From contig CAKZKD010000037.1 in assembly GCA_937121175.1 (NCBI GenBank), positions 32,000 through 95,999 on the forward strand: 64,000 bases of DNA, given 5' to 3'. A program made the translations under genes and the position numbers. The DNA is from an uncultured Flavobacteriales bacterium. GTDB taxonomy: Bacteria > Bacteroidota > Bacteroidia > Flavobacteriales_G > Salibacteraceae. Shown piece after piece: positions 12,482-22,600 of this stretch. The notes under the pieces were generated by a model. That model searched no databases. It was given only the letters and a program-made list of their open reading frames with translations, and had not been told where the DNA came from. Position 1 is the first letter of the stretch, and every line of letters starts with the position of its first letter.

Positions 12482-12552
12482 CTTTTCCCTCCGCCGGTAC
12501 TAACCGAATCAAGTTATAAGGGTATTTCTCAGTCGCAAAATGGACACCCCTA
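12482..12552 (-). promoter_or_regulatory. TPP (THI-box) riboswitch aptamer
   Basis: The minus-strand RNA reads ACTTTAGGGGTGTCCATTTTGCGACTGAGAAATACCCTTATAACTTGATTCGGTTAGTACCGGCGGAGGGAAAAGT. It contains the conserved GGGGUG, CUGAGA, ACCCUU, CUGAU-like, UAAUACC-like and GGAGGGA elements, and a P1 helix ACTTT/AAAGT. It lies about 60 nt upstream of the thiS ATG. Confidence 0.9.
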
Positions 12553-12563
12553 AAGTCTGGTTT

Positions 12564-12571
12564 CAAATGTA
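12564..12571 (-). promoter_or_regulatory. Candidate Bacteroidota sigma-A -7 box (TAnnTTTG) for the thi operon
   Basis: The minus strand reads TACATTTG about 12 nt upstream of the first riboswitch nucleotide. No clear -33 TTTG was seen. Confidence 0.35.
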
Positions 12572-12649
12572 GGGTAAAGGTTTGGGATAGTTAGGGTGAA
12601 GGGTTGTTAAAATGTTTATCCTTTCGTTAAGTAATGAACTTTCTGGTTA

Positions 12650-12940
12650 GTCATGCTGAACATATTGATGAACTCGTTTCAGTATCTTAGCATTTCAGCA
12701 TCTCAACCAGGTTTTATGGTAGTACTATTTTTTGCTATTGGATAATGTAGGTAGAGACCCTGAAACGAGTTCAGGGTAACTAATTATATAGATTGGTACA
12801 GTATGGTACTACATGTTATGCTGAATTTATTTCAGCATCTCAACCTGTACTTTCTTGTAGTTAATGATGTGACTATTTGAGCATTTTGGACGAGACCCTG
12901 AAACGATACTGAATCAAGTTCAGCACATGTTTCGGGTAAG
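12650..12940. repeat. Tandem array of two ~137-bp units built from hairpin modules
   Basis: TTTCAGCATCTCAACC occurs at about 12694 and 12830. GAGACCCTGAAACGA occurs at about 12754 and 12892. Hairpins include ACCCTGAA-cgag-TTCAGGGT (12757-12777), ATGCTGAA-tttat-TTCAGCAT (12818-12838) and a nested hairpin at 12895-12937. Confidence 0.7.
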
Positions 12941-12989
12941 AGGGAATGTTAGAAAAATATTTGCTAGTGTTTGTTGATTCGGAATCCGG

Positions 12990-13283
12990 TTAAATCTCCT
13001 CAAACAAATCTCTCATCTCAGGATTAAATTCTCGAATCAAATTCAACTTCCAATCGCGATGCCAGTTCTTGAGTTGTTTTTCTCTGGCGAGTGCTTGCGC
13101 TCTAGTTTGAAAACCATCATAATAAAGCAGTCTATTAACATTATATTTCGTGGTGAATCGAGCTCCAGCACCTTCCTTGTGCTCAGAAATTCTTCTACGT
13201 AGATTATTGGTCATTCCTACATAAAGTACCGAATTGTCCTTGTTTCCAAGAATGTATGCCCAGAATTCTTCCATGCAATTCAA
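12990..13283 (-). CDS. GIY-YIG nuclease family protein (small stand-alone type)
   Basis: 97 aa with YILGNKDNSVLYVGMTNNLRRRISEHK (the GIY...YVG core with a conserved Arg and Glu) and EKQLKNW. Confidence 0.85.
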   Translation of the reverse strand: MNCMEEFWAYILGNKDNSVLYVGMTNNLRRRISEHKEGAGARFTTKYNVNRLLYYDGFQTRAQALAREKQLKNWHRDWKLNLIREFNPEMRDLFEEI

Positions 13284-13358
13284 AGTTAATAAATACGCAC
13301 AGTGAGATTTGGAATCAGTATGGTCCTCATTTTAGTAATAGATTTTATTTTAGCTCCG

Positions 13359-14120
13359 ATGCAAAAGTTCATTTTCTCGGTAATCAGTTTGCTATATGCT
13401 TTTACTTCTATCGGTCAGGGAGATACTTCAACAGTTTTGCCAACCTACACAGAAGGTGAGAAAGCAATTTACGGGCATTTAGGCCAAAAAGTCAGGAATT
13501 TAGCCAAGGAAAAGAATATTAGAAACGCTGAAGTTTATTTGGCTATTCACCTATCTAAGTTCGGAGCAATTGATTCTATTGAAACGGTTCATAATCCAAA
13601 AAAGTTAAATGTGTCCAAATTGAAACCCGTAATAGAGGAATTGGCTGATTGGAATCCTGGGATTATTAATGGAACACCCCAATCGTCTGTAATTGGAATG
13701 TGTTTCGGGTTTTATACTGGCGAGGAATATGCTGGGTATCGTGGAAAAGTAGATTCTACCCTTTTTAAAAGGTTCGAGAACAACGTGCTTCGAATTATGG
13801 AAATGTACACGGTCACCAGTTATAAAATGGGATTGGGTAGTACTTCTCCTAGTTTGTATTTGTCTGGAAGTGCAGGCCCAAGTCACGAGGAACGATACAA
13901 AACAGCAGTTACACATTTGGATAATGAGGAATATGAATCGGCCGAAAAACTTCTGTCAGAATTGTATCGTGGTGATCCTTCCAATGGTCGGACAGTTTAT
14001 TTGCGTGGACTTTGTAAATACAAACAAGGAAATCAAAAAGGGGCTTGTAAGGATTGGGTTAAAGCAACTAAGCTTGGTTCGAAGCAGAGTCAGGAAATGC
14101 TGAATCAATTTTGCAACTAA
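13359..14120 (+). CDS. Hypothetical secreted protein with a TonB_C-like N-terminal part and a TPR-like C-terminal motif
   Basis: The start is moved to the Met giving the signal peptide MQKFIFSVISLLYAFTSIGQ. The C-terminal Cys-flanked helix-repeat motif CKYKQGNQKGACKDWVKATKLGSKQSQEMLNQFC is common in Bacteroidota. Confidence 0.5.
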   Translation: MQKFIFSVISLLYAFTSIGQGDTSTVLPTYTEGEKAIYGHLGQKVRNLAKEKNIRNAEVYLAIHLSKFGAIDSIETVHNPKKLNVSKLKPVIEELADWNPGIINGTPQSSVIGMCFGFYTGEEYAGYRGKVDSTLFKRFENNVLRIMEMYTVTSYKMGLGSTSPSLYLSGSAGPSHEERYKTAVTHLDNEEYESAEKLLSELYRGDPSNGRTVYLRGLCKYKQGNQKGACKDWVKATKLGSKQSQEMLNQFCN

Positions 14121-14132
14121 AAAGGAGAGAAA

Positions 14133-14465
14133 ATGACAGATGAATTCAAAATAAACCTTGAGCATTATGACAAGGCTGTAGTTAAACTAGATCACATTCA
14201 GCGTAAAGGAAAAACGAGTCCATATACCTCGCATAATGGACATATGTTTTCAATTCTAAGGAAAGATGCCGTTTTAGGAATTCGGATATCGGATGAAGAA
14301 CGGGTTGATTTTGAAGCGAAATTTGGCAAAGCAGAGTTTAAAAATAGTGGCGCGGTGCTAAAGAATTACGTAACTATCCCTCAGGAGTTACTAGAGGAAA
14401 CTGAGGCATTAGCTGGTTACATCCAAAAAGGGTTTGAGTATGTTTCAACATTTAAACCTAAGTAG
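14133..14465 (+). CDS. Hypothetical protein
   Basis: A 110 aa ORF with coding-like composition. I recognise no family with confidence. Confidence 0.45.
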   Translation: MTDEFKINLEHYDKAVVKLDHIQRKGKTSPYTSHNGHMFSILRKDAVLGIRISDEERVDFEAKFGKAEFKNSGAVLKNYVTIPQELLEETEALAGYIQKGFEYVSTFKPK

Positions 14466-15112
14466 TGTATTGTGTTATTTACAAATTCATTGTTCATTCA
14501 TCTAAAGCTGAGGACTTCATTGCCGGTTGGAAAGGTCTAACCCAAGAAACCTATAAAAATGAAAGAAGCTTAGGCTCTCGATTGCATAAAGTAAGTGAAA
14601 TGGAATATTTGGCTTATGCTCAATGGCCTTCTAAAGAAGTTTATGAAAACGCGAACAATATGAGCGAAGCTGCTCATCGGTATAGAAATCAAATGCGTGA
14701 GAGCTGTGTTTCAATTGAAGTGTTGAATGAAATGCAAGTTGTAGAAGATTTATTGGATAACAACCCCCAAAGAAAAACCCCAACATCAGAACTGCATTTT
14801 GTGATTTATGGCGCTCACATTAAGTCAGAAAAGCAAAAAGAATACATTGAGGGTTGGAAAGGGTTAACCGAATTAATTCGTGAGTTTGAGAATGGGCTTG
14901 GTTCAAGATTGCATAAAGTGTCAAATGAACTGTATATCGCCTACGCGCAATGGCCTTCTACAAGTGTGTTTAAAAACGCTGGAGGAAACATGCCTACAGA
15001 GGCCGATAATTATCGAAACCTTATGAATGTGGGTTGCACAAAGTTTGAAACTTTGTATGAAATGGAGTTGATTTCCGATGTATTGAAAACTAGCCCTTAT
15101 AAGCCTCAATAG
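14465..15112 (+). CDS. Tandem-duplicated ABM (antibiotic biosynthesis monooxygenase)-like domain protein
   Basis: GTG start. The two halves align clearly: GWKGLTQETYKNERSLGSRLHKVSEMEYLAYAQWPSKEVYENA against GWKGLTELIREFENGLGSRLHKVSNELYIAYAQWPSTSVFKNA. Confidence 0.55.
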   Translation: MYCVIYKFIVHSSKAEDFIAGWKGLTQETYKNERSLGSRLHKVSEMEYLAYAQWPSKEVYENANNMSEAAHRYRNQMRESCVSIEVLNEMQVVEDLLDNNPQRKTPTSELHFVIYGAHIKSEKQKEYIEGWKGLTELIREFENGLGSRLHKVSNELYIAYAQWPSTSVFKNAGGNMPTEADNYRNLMNVGCTKFETLYEMELISDVLKTSPYKPQ

Positions 15113-15902
15113 CCTTCCGAACAGAACCATGCTTTTCTAAAAGCGATTTCGCTGCTTCGTAATCAACTCCTGTTCCTTCCAATACCATTTTCGTTCCACG
15201 GTCCACCAGTTTATCATTACTCAATTGCATATCTACCATTCGATTGCCTTTTACTTTTCCTAGTTGAATCATACAGGCAGTGGAAATCATATTGAGTACC
15301 AATTTTTGCGCAGTACCAGATTTCATGCGTGTACTCCCAGTAACGAATTCTGGCCCTACAATGACCGAGATTGGGAAGTCCGAGACTTTGCTCAGTAGTG
15401 AGTTAGGGTTGCAGGTAATACAACCTGTTGGAATGTTATTCTCTTGGCAAGTTTTTAATGCACCAATCACATAAGGAGTAGTGCCGCTGGCTGCTATTCC
15501 AATTATAAAATCCTTTGAATTAATATCGTATTCCATTAAGTCTTTCCAACCTTGTTCGGTATCGTCCTCGGCAAATTCAACAGCTTTTCGGATTGCGGAA
15601 TCACCACCTGCAATAAGTCCGACTACCAAATCATGGTCAACTCCAAAGGTTGGAGGACACTCAGAAGCGTCAACAATTCCCAAACGACCACTTGTACCAG
15701 CACCCATGTAAAACAAACGACCTCCGGATTTAAGTTGCTCGCTTGCTTTTTGGATTAATGTTTCAATCGAGTTTAGTTCTTTTTCAATTGCTTTAGGCAC
15801 ACTGTGGTCTTCATCGTTAATTCCTTGAATCAATTGTTTAATCGAAAGTTGTTCTAGATTGTTGTGGTTAGAAGATGATTCAGTAATTCTGTCGTTTGCC
15901 AT
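15090..15902 (-). CDS. murQ: N-acetylmuramic acid 6-phosphate etherase MurQ (SIS domain)
   Basis: 270 aa with the typical MurQ blocks RLFYMGAGTSGRLG, DASECPPTFG and GSTRMKSGTAQK. Confidence 0.9.
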   Translation of the reverse strand: MANDRITESSSNHNNLEQLSIKQLIQGINDEDHSVPKAIEKELNSIETLIQKASEQLKSGGRLFYMGAGTSGRLGIVDASECPPTFGVDHDLVVGLIAGGDSAIRKAVEFAEDDTEQGWKDLMEYDINSKDFIIGIAASGTTPYVIGALKTCQENNIPTGCITCNPNSLLSKVSDFPISVIVGPEFVTGSTRMKSGTAQKLVLNMISTACMIQLGKVKGNRMVDMQLSNDKLVDRGTKMVLEGTGVDYEAAKSLLEKHGSVRKAIEAYKG

Positions 15903-15973
15903 AAGTGTCCAATTTCTATCAAAATCAAAGTTAGAATACGCTTACTTTTAGCTTTCGATTCTAAAAAATCTTT

Positions 15974-18565
15974 ATGCAATACATAATGTTAAGAGTACTT
16001 GGTTTTATAGGCGGGTTAGTGCTTATGGTAAATGTCTGTGCGCAGGAAACTATGAGTACGAAGCTCAATAATTGGGCAAGAGGAGCTGAAAGAAATGCCA
16101 CAGAACAAGTTTGGTTGCAGTTCGAAGCTCAGTTGGATTATGAAGCGCTGGATTTGGAGTTTCGTAGAAAAAAGTATTCGAACGAACAGCGAGCTCAGGC
16201 GGTGATTCAGGCTTCGCAAAATATGCATAACAGGTCTATAGAGGAATTGCACAAAACGTTTGGTAAGGTTTCTATTCAAGAAGATTTCTGGTTGGGCAAT
16301 TCTGTAATTATTGAATTGGATAAAAAACAGGCACTCGAACTAGCTAATAATTCATTGGTGCGTTGGATGGAACTTACCAGTGAAAATCAAATTGGGGTAG
16401 AAGATACCGAAATAGAGCAGTCGGATGAGGGTAAAGAATCAATTAACGGCGCAGAACCTGGATTGAAAGCCATTAACGCGCATAAAATGTGGGCGCGAGG
16501 CTACACTGGAAAAGGTAGAAAGGCGTTGATAATTGATACAGGCGTTTGGCCAAACCACCCTTCAATTGCCGATGCATGGGTGGGTAATAGAGAGCCAGCA
16601 AGTCACAGTTGGTTTGGGTTTGATAGTCCTGTACCAATTGATAAAACAGGTTCGCACGGAACACATGTTACTGGAACTGTATTGGGATTGGACCCTGCTA
16701 ACAATGATACCGTTGGAGTTGCTTTTGATGCAACTTTTATGGCTGCTGACCCTGTAGCTACTCAAACAGGTGAACGAAAAGGACTCTATTCAACGATTCG
16801 TGCCTTTCAATGGGTTTTAGACCAAGATAACTTTTCTCCTGGTTTGCCCTACGTGAGACCAGATGTAATCAATAATTCTTGGGGGCGTTCCATTGAAGAT
16901 TCTCCGGATATTTGTACGAGTCCGTTTGGTGATGCAGTTGCTGCTTGCCAACTAGCTGGAATTGCTGTGGTTTGGAGTGCGGGAAACAATGGACCGGGTC
17001 AAAGAACAATTGGTGCCCCAGCAACCATTACCAGAAATCCATATTTGGTGTTTACGGTTGGTGCTATTAATGGAAACACACCAAGTTACCCTATCGCCAG
17101 TTTTAGCAGCCGAGGCCCGAGTTATTGCGCACAAGCTGGAATTGATAGCATTAAGCCAGAGGTTGTTGCTCCCGGTGTTGCAGTGCGTTCAGCGGTTGGA
17201 CATGACGGTTACGAAAACAAACAAGGAACGTCGATGGCTGGTCCACATGTTGCGGGAGCCTTGTTGCTGCTTAAAGAAGCTTTTCCGAATTTGCCGGGTC
17301 AAGATATCCTTGAGGCCTTGTATTTAACTGCTACCGATGTAGGCCCGTCAGGAGAGGATATTGCATACGGAAATGGGTTGATAGATGTGGATAGTGCTTT
17401 TTTGTGGTTATCGACTCAGCATACCGCAAGCTTACCACAGGATTACTCACAAGATGTAAGTATTGAATTGGTTTCTATTTCTGATAATGGGATAAGTTGT
17501 TTGGATGAAGTTGAAGCCGAGTTTAAAATCATAAATCACAGTGATTCGATTATTGATATGGATTCGCTCGTTATTGTCCCTTTTGTAGATTATGGGCAAG
17601 GTGCAAGCGTTGATGGGACGAAAAGCTTATCTCAGAATTTAAATCCAGGTGACTCGGTTTTGATAAAAATGAAATGTTTCAATGCGAATAAGCAGAACAC
17701 AGAATTTGGAATGCAAATTCGTTTGGGTTTACCTAAAAGCAATAATCCCTTCAATGATAAAGCGTACGCAAAATGGAAGAATATTGGAGAGGAGAATATT
17801 CCTTTCTCTGATGATTTTTTCTTTCACAAAACCGAGAAATGGATAGTCGATAATCCAGACAATGATCATACTTGGAGTGTACGGGTTTGGGAGGATAATG
17901 GGATTCGAAATGAAGCGCTCCAATTGGATTTTTACAACATGAGGGTGCGTAATAATCAACAAGATTTCCTTGTTTCTTCAAAGCTTATGGTCAACGGGAA
18001 TCAATTACTTCAAATGAGTTTCGATTATTCTTACACTTCTAAAAAGTCTGATTTGTTTGCAGATTCATTGTCTGTAGAGGTAACAACAAGTTGTAATACG
18101 AACTGGAAGTCAGTTTGGTCTAAAAGTGGAGCTGATTTGGCAACGACTGGCGATTCAGTTGTATTGTTTGTTCCCAAACAGAATCAATGGGAAAGTGCAA
18201 TTATCGATTTGTCGGATTATGATGATTCCGAGTACATCCAAGTCCGACTCGTGGGCACGAATGCTTTCGGAAACAATTTGTATGTGGATAATATTGCCAT
18301 TACATCCTTGCAACCAGCTGGTGTTGAAGATATAATTGATAACGATGTACTTCAGTTTTTTCCAAATCCAAATACAGGATTGCTGAATATTTCTGGCGAT
18401 TTGAATTCTTACACCACTTTAAGAGTGATAGATATTACTGGTAAAACCATAATTGAATCACCCATCAGTGGAGTTGTCGATATTTCTGAATTGGAGAATG
18501 GAGTTTACATTATAGAAGCCAAAGGTTCTGCAGGAATCTCAAACGCAAAAATCGTAAAGGAATAA
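15974..18565 (+). CDS. S8 (subtilisin) family serine peptidase with a type-A T9SS C-terminal sorting domain
   Basis: The catalytic triad contexts are ALIIDTGVW (Asp), GSHGTHVTGTV (His) and GTSMAGPHVAG (Ser). The C-terminus FFPNPNTGLLNISGD...GVYIIEAKG...KIVKE is a Por secretion tail. Confidence 0.9.
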   Translation: MQYIMLRVLGFIGGLVLMVNVCAQETMSTKLNNWARGAERNATEQVWLQFEAQLDYEALDLEFRRKKYSNEQRAQAVIQASQNMHNRSIEELHKTFGKVSIQEDFWLGNSVIIELDKKQALELANNSLVRWMELTSENQIGVEDTEIEQSDEGKESINGAEPGLKAINAHKMWARGYTGKGRKALIIDTGVWPNHPSIADAWVGNREPASHSWFGFDSPVPIDKTGSHGTHVTGTVLGLDPANNDTVGVAFDATFMAADPVATQTGERKGLYSTIRAFQWVLDQDNFSPGLPYVRPDVINNSWGRSIEDSPDICTSPFGDAVAACQLAGIAVVWSAGNNGPGQRTIGAPATITRNPYLVFTVGAINGNTPSYPIASFSSRGPSYCAQAGIDSIKPEVVAPGVAVRSAVGHDGYENKQGTSMAGPHVAGALLLLKEAFPNLPGQDILEALYLTATDVGPSGEDIAYGNGLIDVDSAFLWLSTQHTASLPQDYSQDVSIELVSISDNGISCLDEVEAEFKIINHSDSIIDMDSLVIVPFVDYGQGASVDGTKSLSQNLNPGDSVLIKMKCFNANKQNTEFGMQIRLGLPKSNNPFNDKAYAKWKNIGEENIPFSDDFFFHKTEKWIVDNPDNDHTWSVRVWEDNGIRNEALQLDFYNMRVRNNQQDFLVSSKLMVNGNQLLQMSFDYSYTSKKSDLFADSLSVEVTTSCNTNWKSVWSKSGADLATTGDSVVLFVPKQNQWESAIIDLSDYDDSEYIQVRLVGTNAFGNNLYVDNIAITSLQPAGVEDIIDNDVLQFFPNPNTGLLNISGDLNSYTTLRVIDITGKTIIESPISGVVDISELENGVYIIEAKGSAGISNAKIVKE

Positions 18566-19653
18566 TGGAGCCACTTAAAAATTTAGTCAATAAAGATGTT
18601 GTTAAAGCTTATTCTAATGAGCTAGAGAAACACATTGTAAATTTTGATTCTGAACAGTTCATTAAGATTATCTTAAATGAAGATTGGGAACAACGTGAGC
18701 TTATGGATAGAATCCACCATATAGCTGCTGTAATCAATGAATCCACTGAATGTTCTTTTGATGAAGTTGTTTCTGGTTTAGAAAAAGCAGCCCCCAATTT
18801 ACCTTCAGGGTTTGAGCAAATCATCTTCCCCGCCTACGTTAAACTTTTTGGGTTAAATCATTTTGAGCGTTCAATGAAGTCCTTGGAGCAGCTTACTCAA
18901 TATTCAACAGGTGAATTTGCTATTCGACCTTTTATTAAAAAGTATCCTGAGAAAACAATGGAGCAAATGTTGCTATGGGCAAATCATGAAAATGAACATG
19001 TTCGTAGATTATCGAGCGAAGGTTGCAGGCCTAGATTACCATGGGGAGGTAACTTACCAGAGTTCATAAAAGACCCGGAACCAATTTTTTCAATTTTAAA
19101 GAAATTGAGAAATGACAATAGCCTATACGTCAGGAAAAGTGTAGCCAATAACCTGAACGATATTTCAAAAGACCACCCAGAAACGGTGTTACGTATTGCA
19201 AAATGCTGGTTGGATGAAAACAAACAACACAGTTCTTGGATTGTAAAACATGCGCTTCGAACATTACTAAAACAGCCACACCCTAAAGCATTGGAATTGT
19301 TTGGCTATGGTGACCCTGAATCGGTCAATCTGAACAATCTAACTATTTCTGTGGATGAACTTTGTATTGGAGAATCATTACAATTTGAGTTTGATTTGAC
19401 CAACAAAAGCGAGCAATCGCAAAAATTGCGGTTGGAGTACTTAGTAGATTTTAAAAAGAAAAAGGGTTCGGCCAAAAAAGTCTTTCAGATTTCAGAGTTT
19501 GAGATAGAGCCAAAAGAATTAAAAAGCTTTTCCAAAAAGCATTCGTTCAAAGAATTAACCACAAGAAAGCATTATCCGGGTGAGCATTCTATAATTATTC
19601 GAATAAACGGAGTGGAGAAGGAGTCTCTTAGTTTTCTATTATTGGAAGCGTAG
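18565..19653 (+). CDS. DNA alkylation repair (HEAT-repeat, AlkD-like) family protein with a C-terminal extension
   Basis: It carries blocks typical of the DNA alkylation repair enzyme family: HENEHVRRLSSEGCRPRLPWG and LYVRKSVANNLNDISKDHPE. The ATG overlaps the peptidase stop (TAATG). Confidence 0.65.
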   Translation: MEPLKNLVNKDVVKAYSNELEKHIVNFDSEQFIKIILNEDWEQRELMDRIHHIAAVINESTECSFDEVVSGLEKAAPNLPSGFEQIIFPAYVKLFGLNHFERSMKSLEQLTQYSTGEFAIRPFIKKYPEKTMEQMLLWANHENEHVRRLSSEGCRPRLPWGGNLPEFIKDPEPIFSILKKLRNDNSLYVRKSVANNLNDISKDHPETVLRIAKCWLDENKQHSSWIVKHALRTLLKQPHPKALELFGYGDPESVNLNNLTISVDELCIGESLQFEFDLTNKSEQSQKLRLEYLVDFKKKKGSAKKVFQISEFEIEPKELKSFSKKHSFKELTTRKHYPGEHSIIIRINGVEKESLSFLLLEA

Positions 19654-19654
19654 T

Positions 19655-22600
19655 TTAGTAAATTACCTTTATTCTGTCGATAGAGTCTTCATTGCTATCC
19701 AGTAATTCAAGAATATAGGTTCCTCTTTCCAATTCAGATATTATCTGTTTAGAAGTTTCATTTTCGATATGCATAGCTTCAACGAGCTGACCACTTGTAC
19801 TGAAAATCTTCAGTTGACTTGCATTTTTATGGCTAGTCCAATAAATGACTCCTTCAGCTAACCAAAATTCAGTTACTTCTTGATTTTCTGAGCTAAGTGC
19901 AGTAGCATTATCAGGCGGGCCTACGGTGAATTCAGTTTTATATACATTTTTACAGTCTCCATTTACAGCTTCCAAGGACAATTCATAAGTACCTTCTTTT
20001 TCGAGCTTAAAAGTTGGAAAGGCTTCATTGGAAAACGCAACTTCATCAATCAACCAGTTATAACTTGTTGCTCCTGTAGTAATGTTATTCGGGCTTAGCT
20101 CGTCACCACTTTTAAGAATGGAGCTAATCTCGTATTTGGGCTTGATTTCTTGTGGTTGCGAAATTATTACGTTCTCACTGAAACTTCCGCAGTGAGTGGC
20201 AGACCAATTGATAGCATATAATCCTGCTGCTAACCCTTTCACACTTACAAATTCATCGTTTCCAGCAGAAACGACTTCTTTGTGGAAGTTTGTTAATGTC
20301 CAGTTACCCGTAAAATTTAAAAATTCAGCTTCTAATTTTCCATTGTCATATTCAAAACAGGATTCATTGGTAGTTTCCATAACATCAATTCCATTTAATA
20401 CTTCAATTTCAAATCTACTTTGAAGTGTGTCGTTGGCATTTACTGTTACGATAAAACTGGAACTATCTTCAACCGGATAGTAAGCTCCAGTTTTTAAATC
20501 ATGAATCATTAAACAACCTTTAATTTCTGGAGTTTCTTCAATCCAAATTCTCATTTGAGTTGTTTGAGTACTGGTCAGGTTTAGTAAAATTGGAGAATTT
20601 AAATCTTGTTCAGAAATCGTATTGATTTGAAATTCTTTTTGGTTCTCACTAATATAAAAGTTCGGAAAGTTATAAGGGTTATCAATCTTGTAAGCATCAT
20701 ACGCGGGGTCAAAGTTTCTAGTTGCATACTGAGAAAAATCAAGGGCTACCAATGCCTTTTTATCTGAAGTTAGATTATAAGCACTTAGTTTAAGTCGATT
20801 TTGCTTTTGCTGAGAACGTACAAAATCAACGTCAATATCAGATTTGTCACTTTCTCTAAAGGTGATTGAATTGCTGGAATTGTTTACATGAACAAAGAAC
20901 CCTTGGTAGCTGCTGATAATATTTGGATTGGGTAGGAGGGAAGTTGCTATGTAACCGCCTTCAGTTTGTTCGAAAACATAAGCAACAGCATCTACACCGC
21001 TTTTTGATACCGAACTCCAGTTTATAGGAGAGGCATACGGGTTTCCTATTAAATGCCAACCAGCATTGACATTTGAACCGCCGTATGTCAGATTAGAAAT
21101 CGGTTGATTTCCAACATTTGGAATTCCCGAACAATTTAAAAGATATGAAGGATACGAAACACCACCTGAATAAAATGTATACGCATTATCATACGAAATT
21201 GATTCTGATGTGCTTGCAGCTGCTACCCAACCTAGGTTGAAATCACTGCTACTAGCAGCGGCACTCTCAGAAAAGGCGTATGTTGAATTTAAACCTCCAG
21301 CAGAAACCTTGTTCGAGCCAGTAAAGCCATACGTATATACCCCGCCTGGATTGGAACTTGGATTGTACTGGAAAGTGGCCAAAGTAGAGTTGGAGAAAGG
21401 TGTTGTGAAATGTCGGTAACCAATATCATTGCCCATTCCTGAAATATGTCGTTGAATAGTCATGGTTCCAGATATATTACCAAAAACTTCAGCTATACGA
21501 GCAGTTCTTGAAGCCGTTGATAGTAAAGTCGTTTTATTGTTTGGTTGGAAAATTCCATCATTTACTTGCAATTCGTTTTCAATAGAAAGTCTCCCCGCTT
21601 GGACAAGTAATAAACCACTTTCTGTCTTATTCACTTCTAAGTTATAAACGCTGTATGAACCAGTAGAATAAGATGGTTGATTTCCGATAAAAGAAATTCT
21701 TCCTGCACGTTCGTTTAACGTTCCTTGAATATTAAAATGTTCTGAAATACTCATTGTGAAATTACTGGAAGACAAGTCTAAACTTCCACCAGAACTTACA
21801 TTCAAATCTCTTGCTCCCGAATTTCCAGCAAGGGTCACAGTATGGCTGGAATTAATACTAATATCATAAGTATCCAACGGTACGCAATTGCAATCCCATG
21901 TTGTAGGATCATTCCACATTCCTGTTTTAACAGATTGTATCGACGAAATTTGACTAGCCACCTGTTGAATGGTATCTGCACTGTATTTTTTATTGTAGAA
22001 AATAACTTCGCCAATTAAACCGTCCCAACCAGAACCACCACCAAGTCCACCACCAGAGTCTTTTGGTCCTTTTCCAATAATAATTTTATTTATCCCAGCA
22101 AGTGGTGCAGCAATAGTAGCATTTGATGAATCGTTCAATACTCCATTTATGTACACTAGTAATCGCTCACCATCTTTCCAAACCAGAGTTAATGTTTGGA
22201 CAGTAGTGGTTTGAGTATTAGATTGTGTCTCAACCTGATTGACGGAGCTATTTCCGTTCAATCCAGTTTTGAGAAGGTTTGATCTTCCAGTATTCGCACC
22301 CCTTCGGTCATAACGGAGGCAGAGCTTGTTATCAGAGCCGTTTGGATTCTCAGAATCCATAAACCCCTTGTCGGTATTGATTCGGTCCGATTTAATAGTC
22401 ATGAATATTGAGAACTCATCCAACCCATTGATTGAGTCTCGAATTGCTGTATTTTCAAAGAAGTCACCTGAAGTAAAATCTAAAAATCGTTTTGAGTTAT
22501 AAGTAGTAAGAACTGGTCGCCTGTTGGTGAATGAATTGGTGAAATTAAAGCCATTCCCAGAAATATCTCGCCATTCAGCCACGTCTTGTCCAATTGATGC

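Noticed and set aside
12650-12940. Possible CRISPR array, given regularly spaced hairpin-containing repeats
   Set aside because: There are only two ~137-bp units, and the conserved blocks are imperfect and sit at the unit ends rather than forming 25-40-bp identical repeats separated by unique spacers. No cas genes are present in the window.
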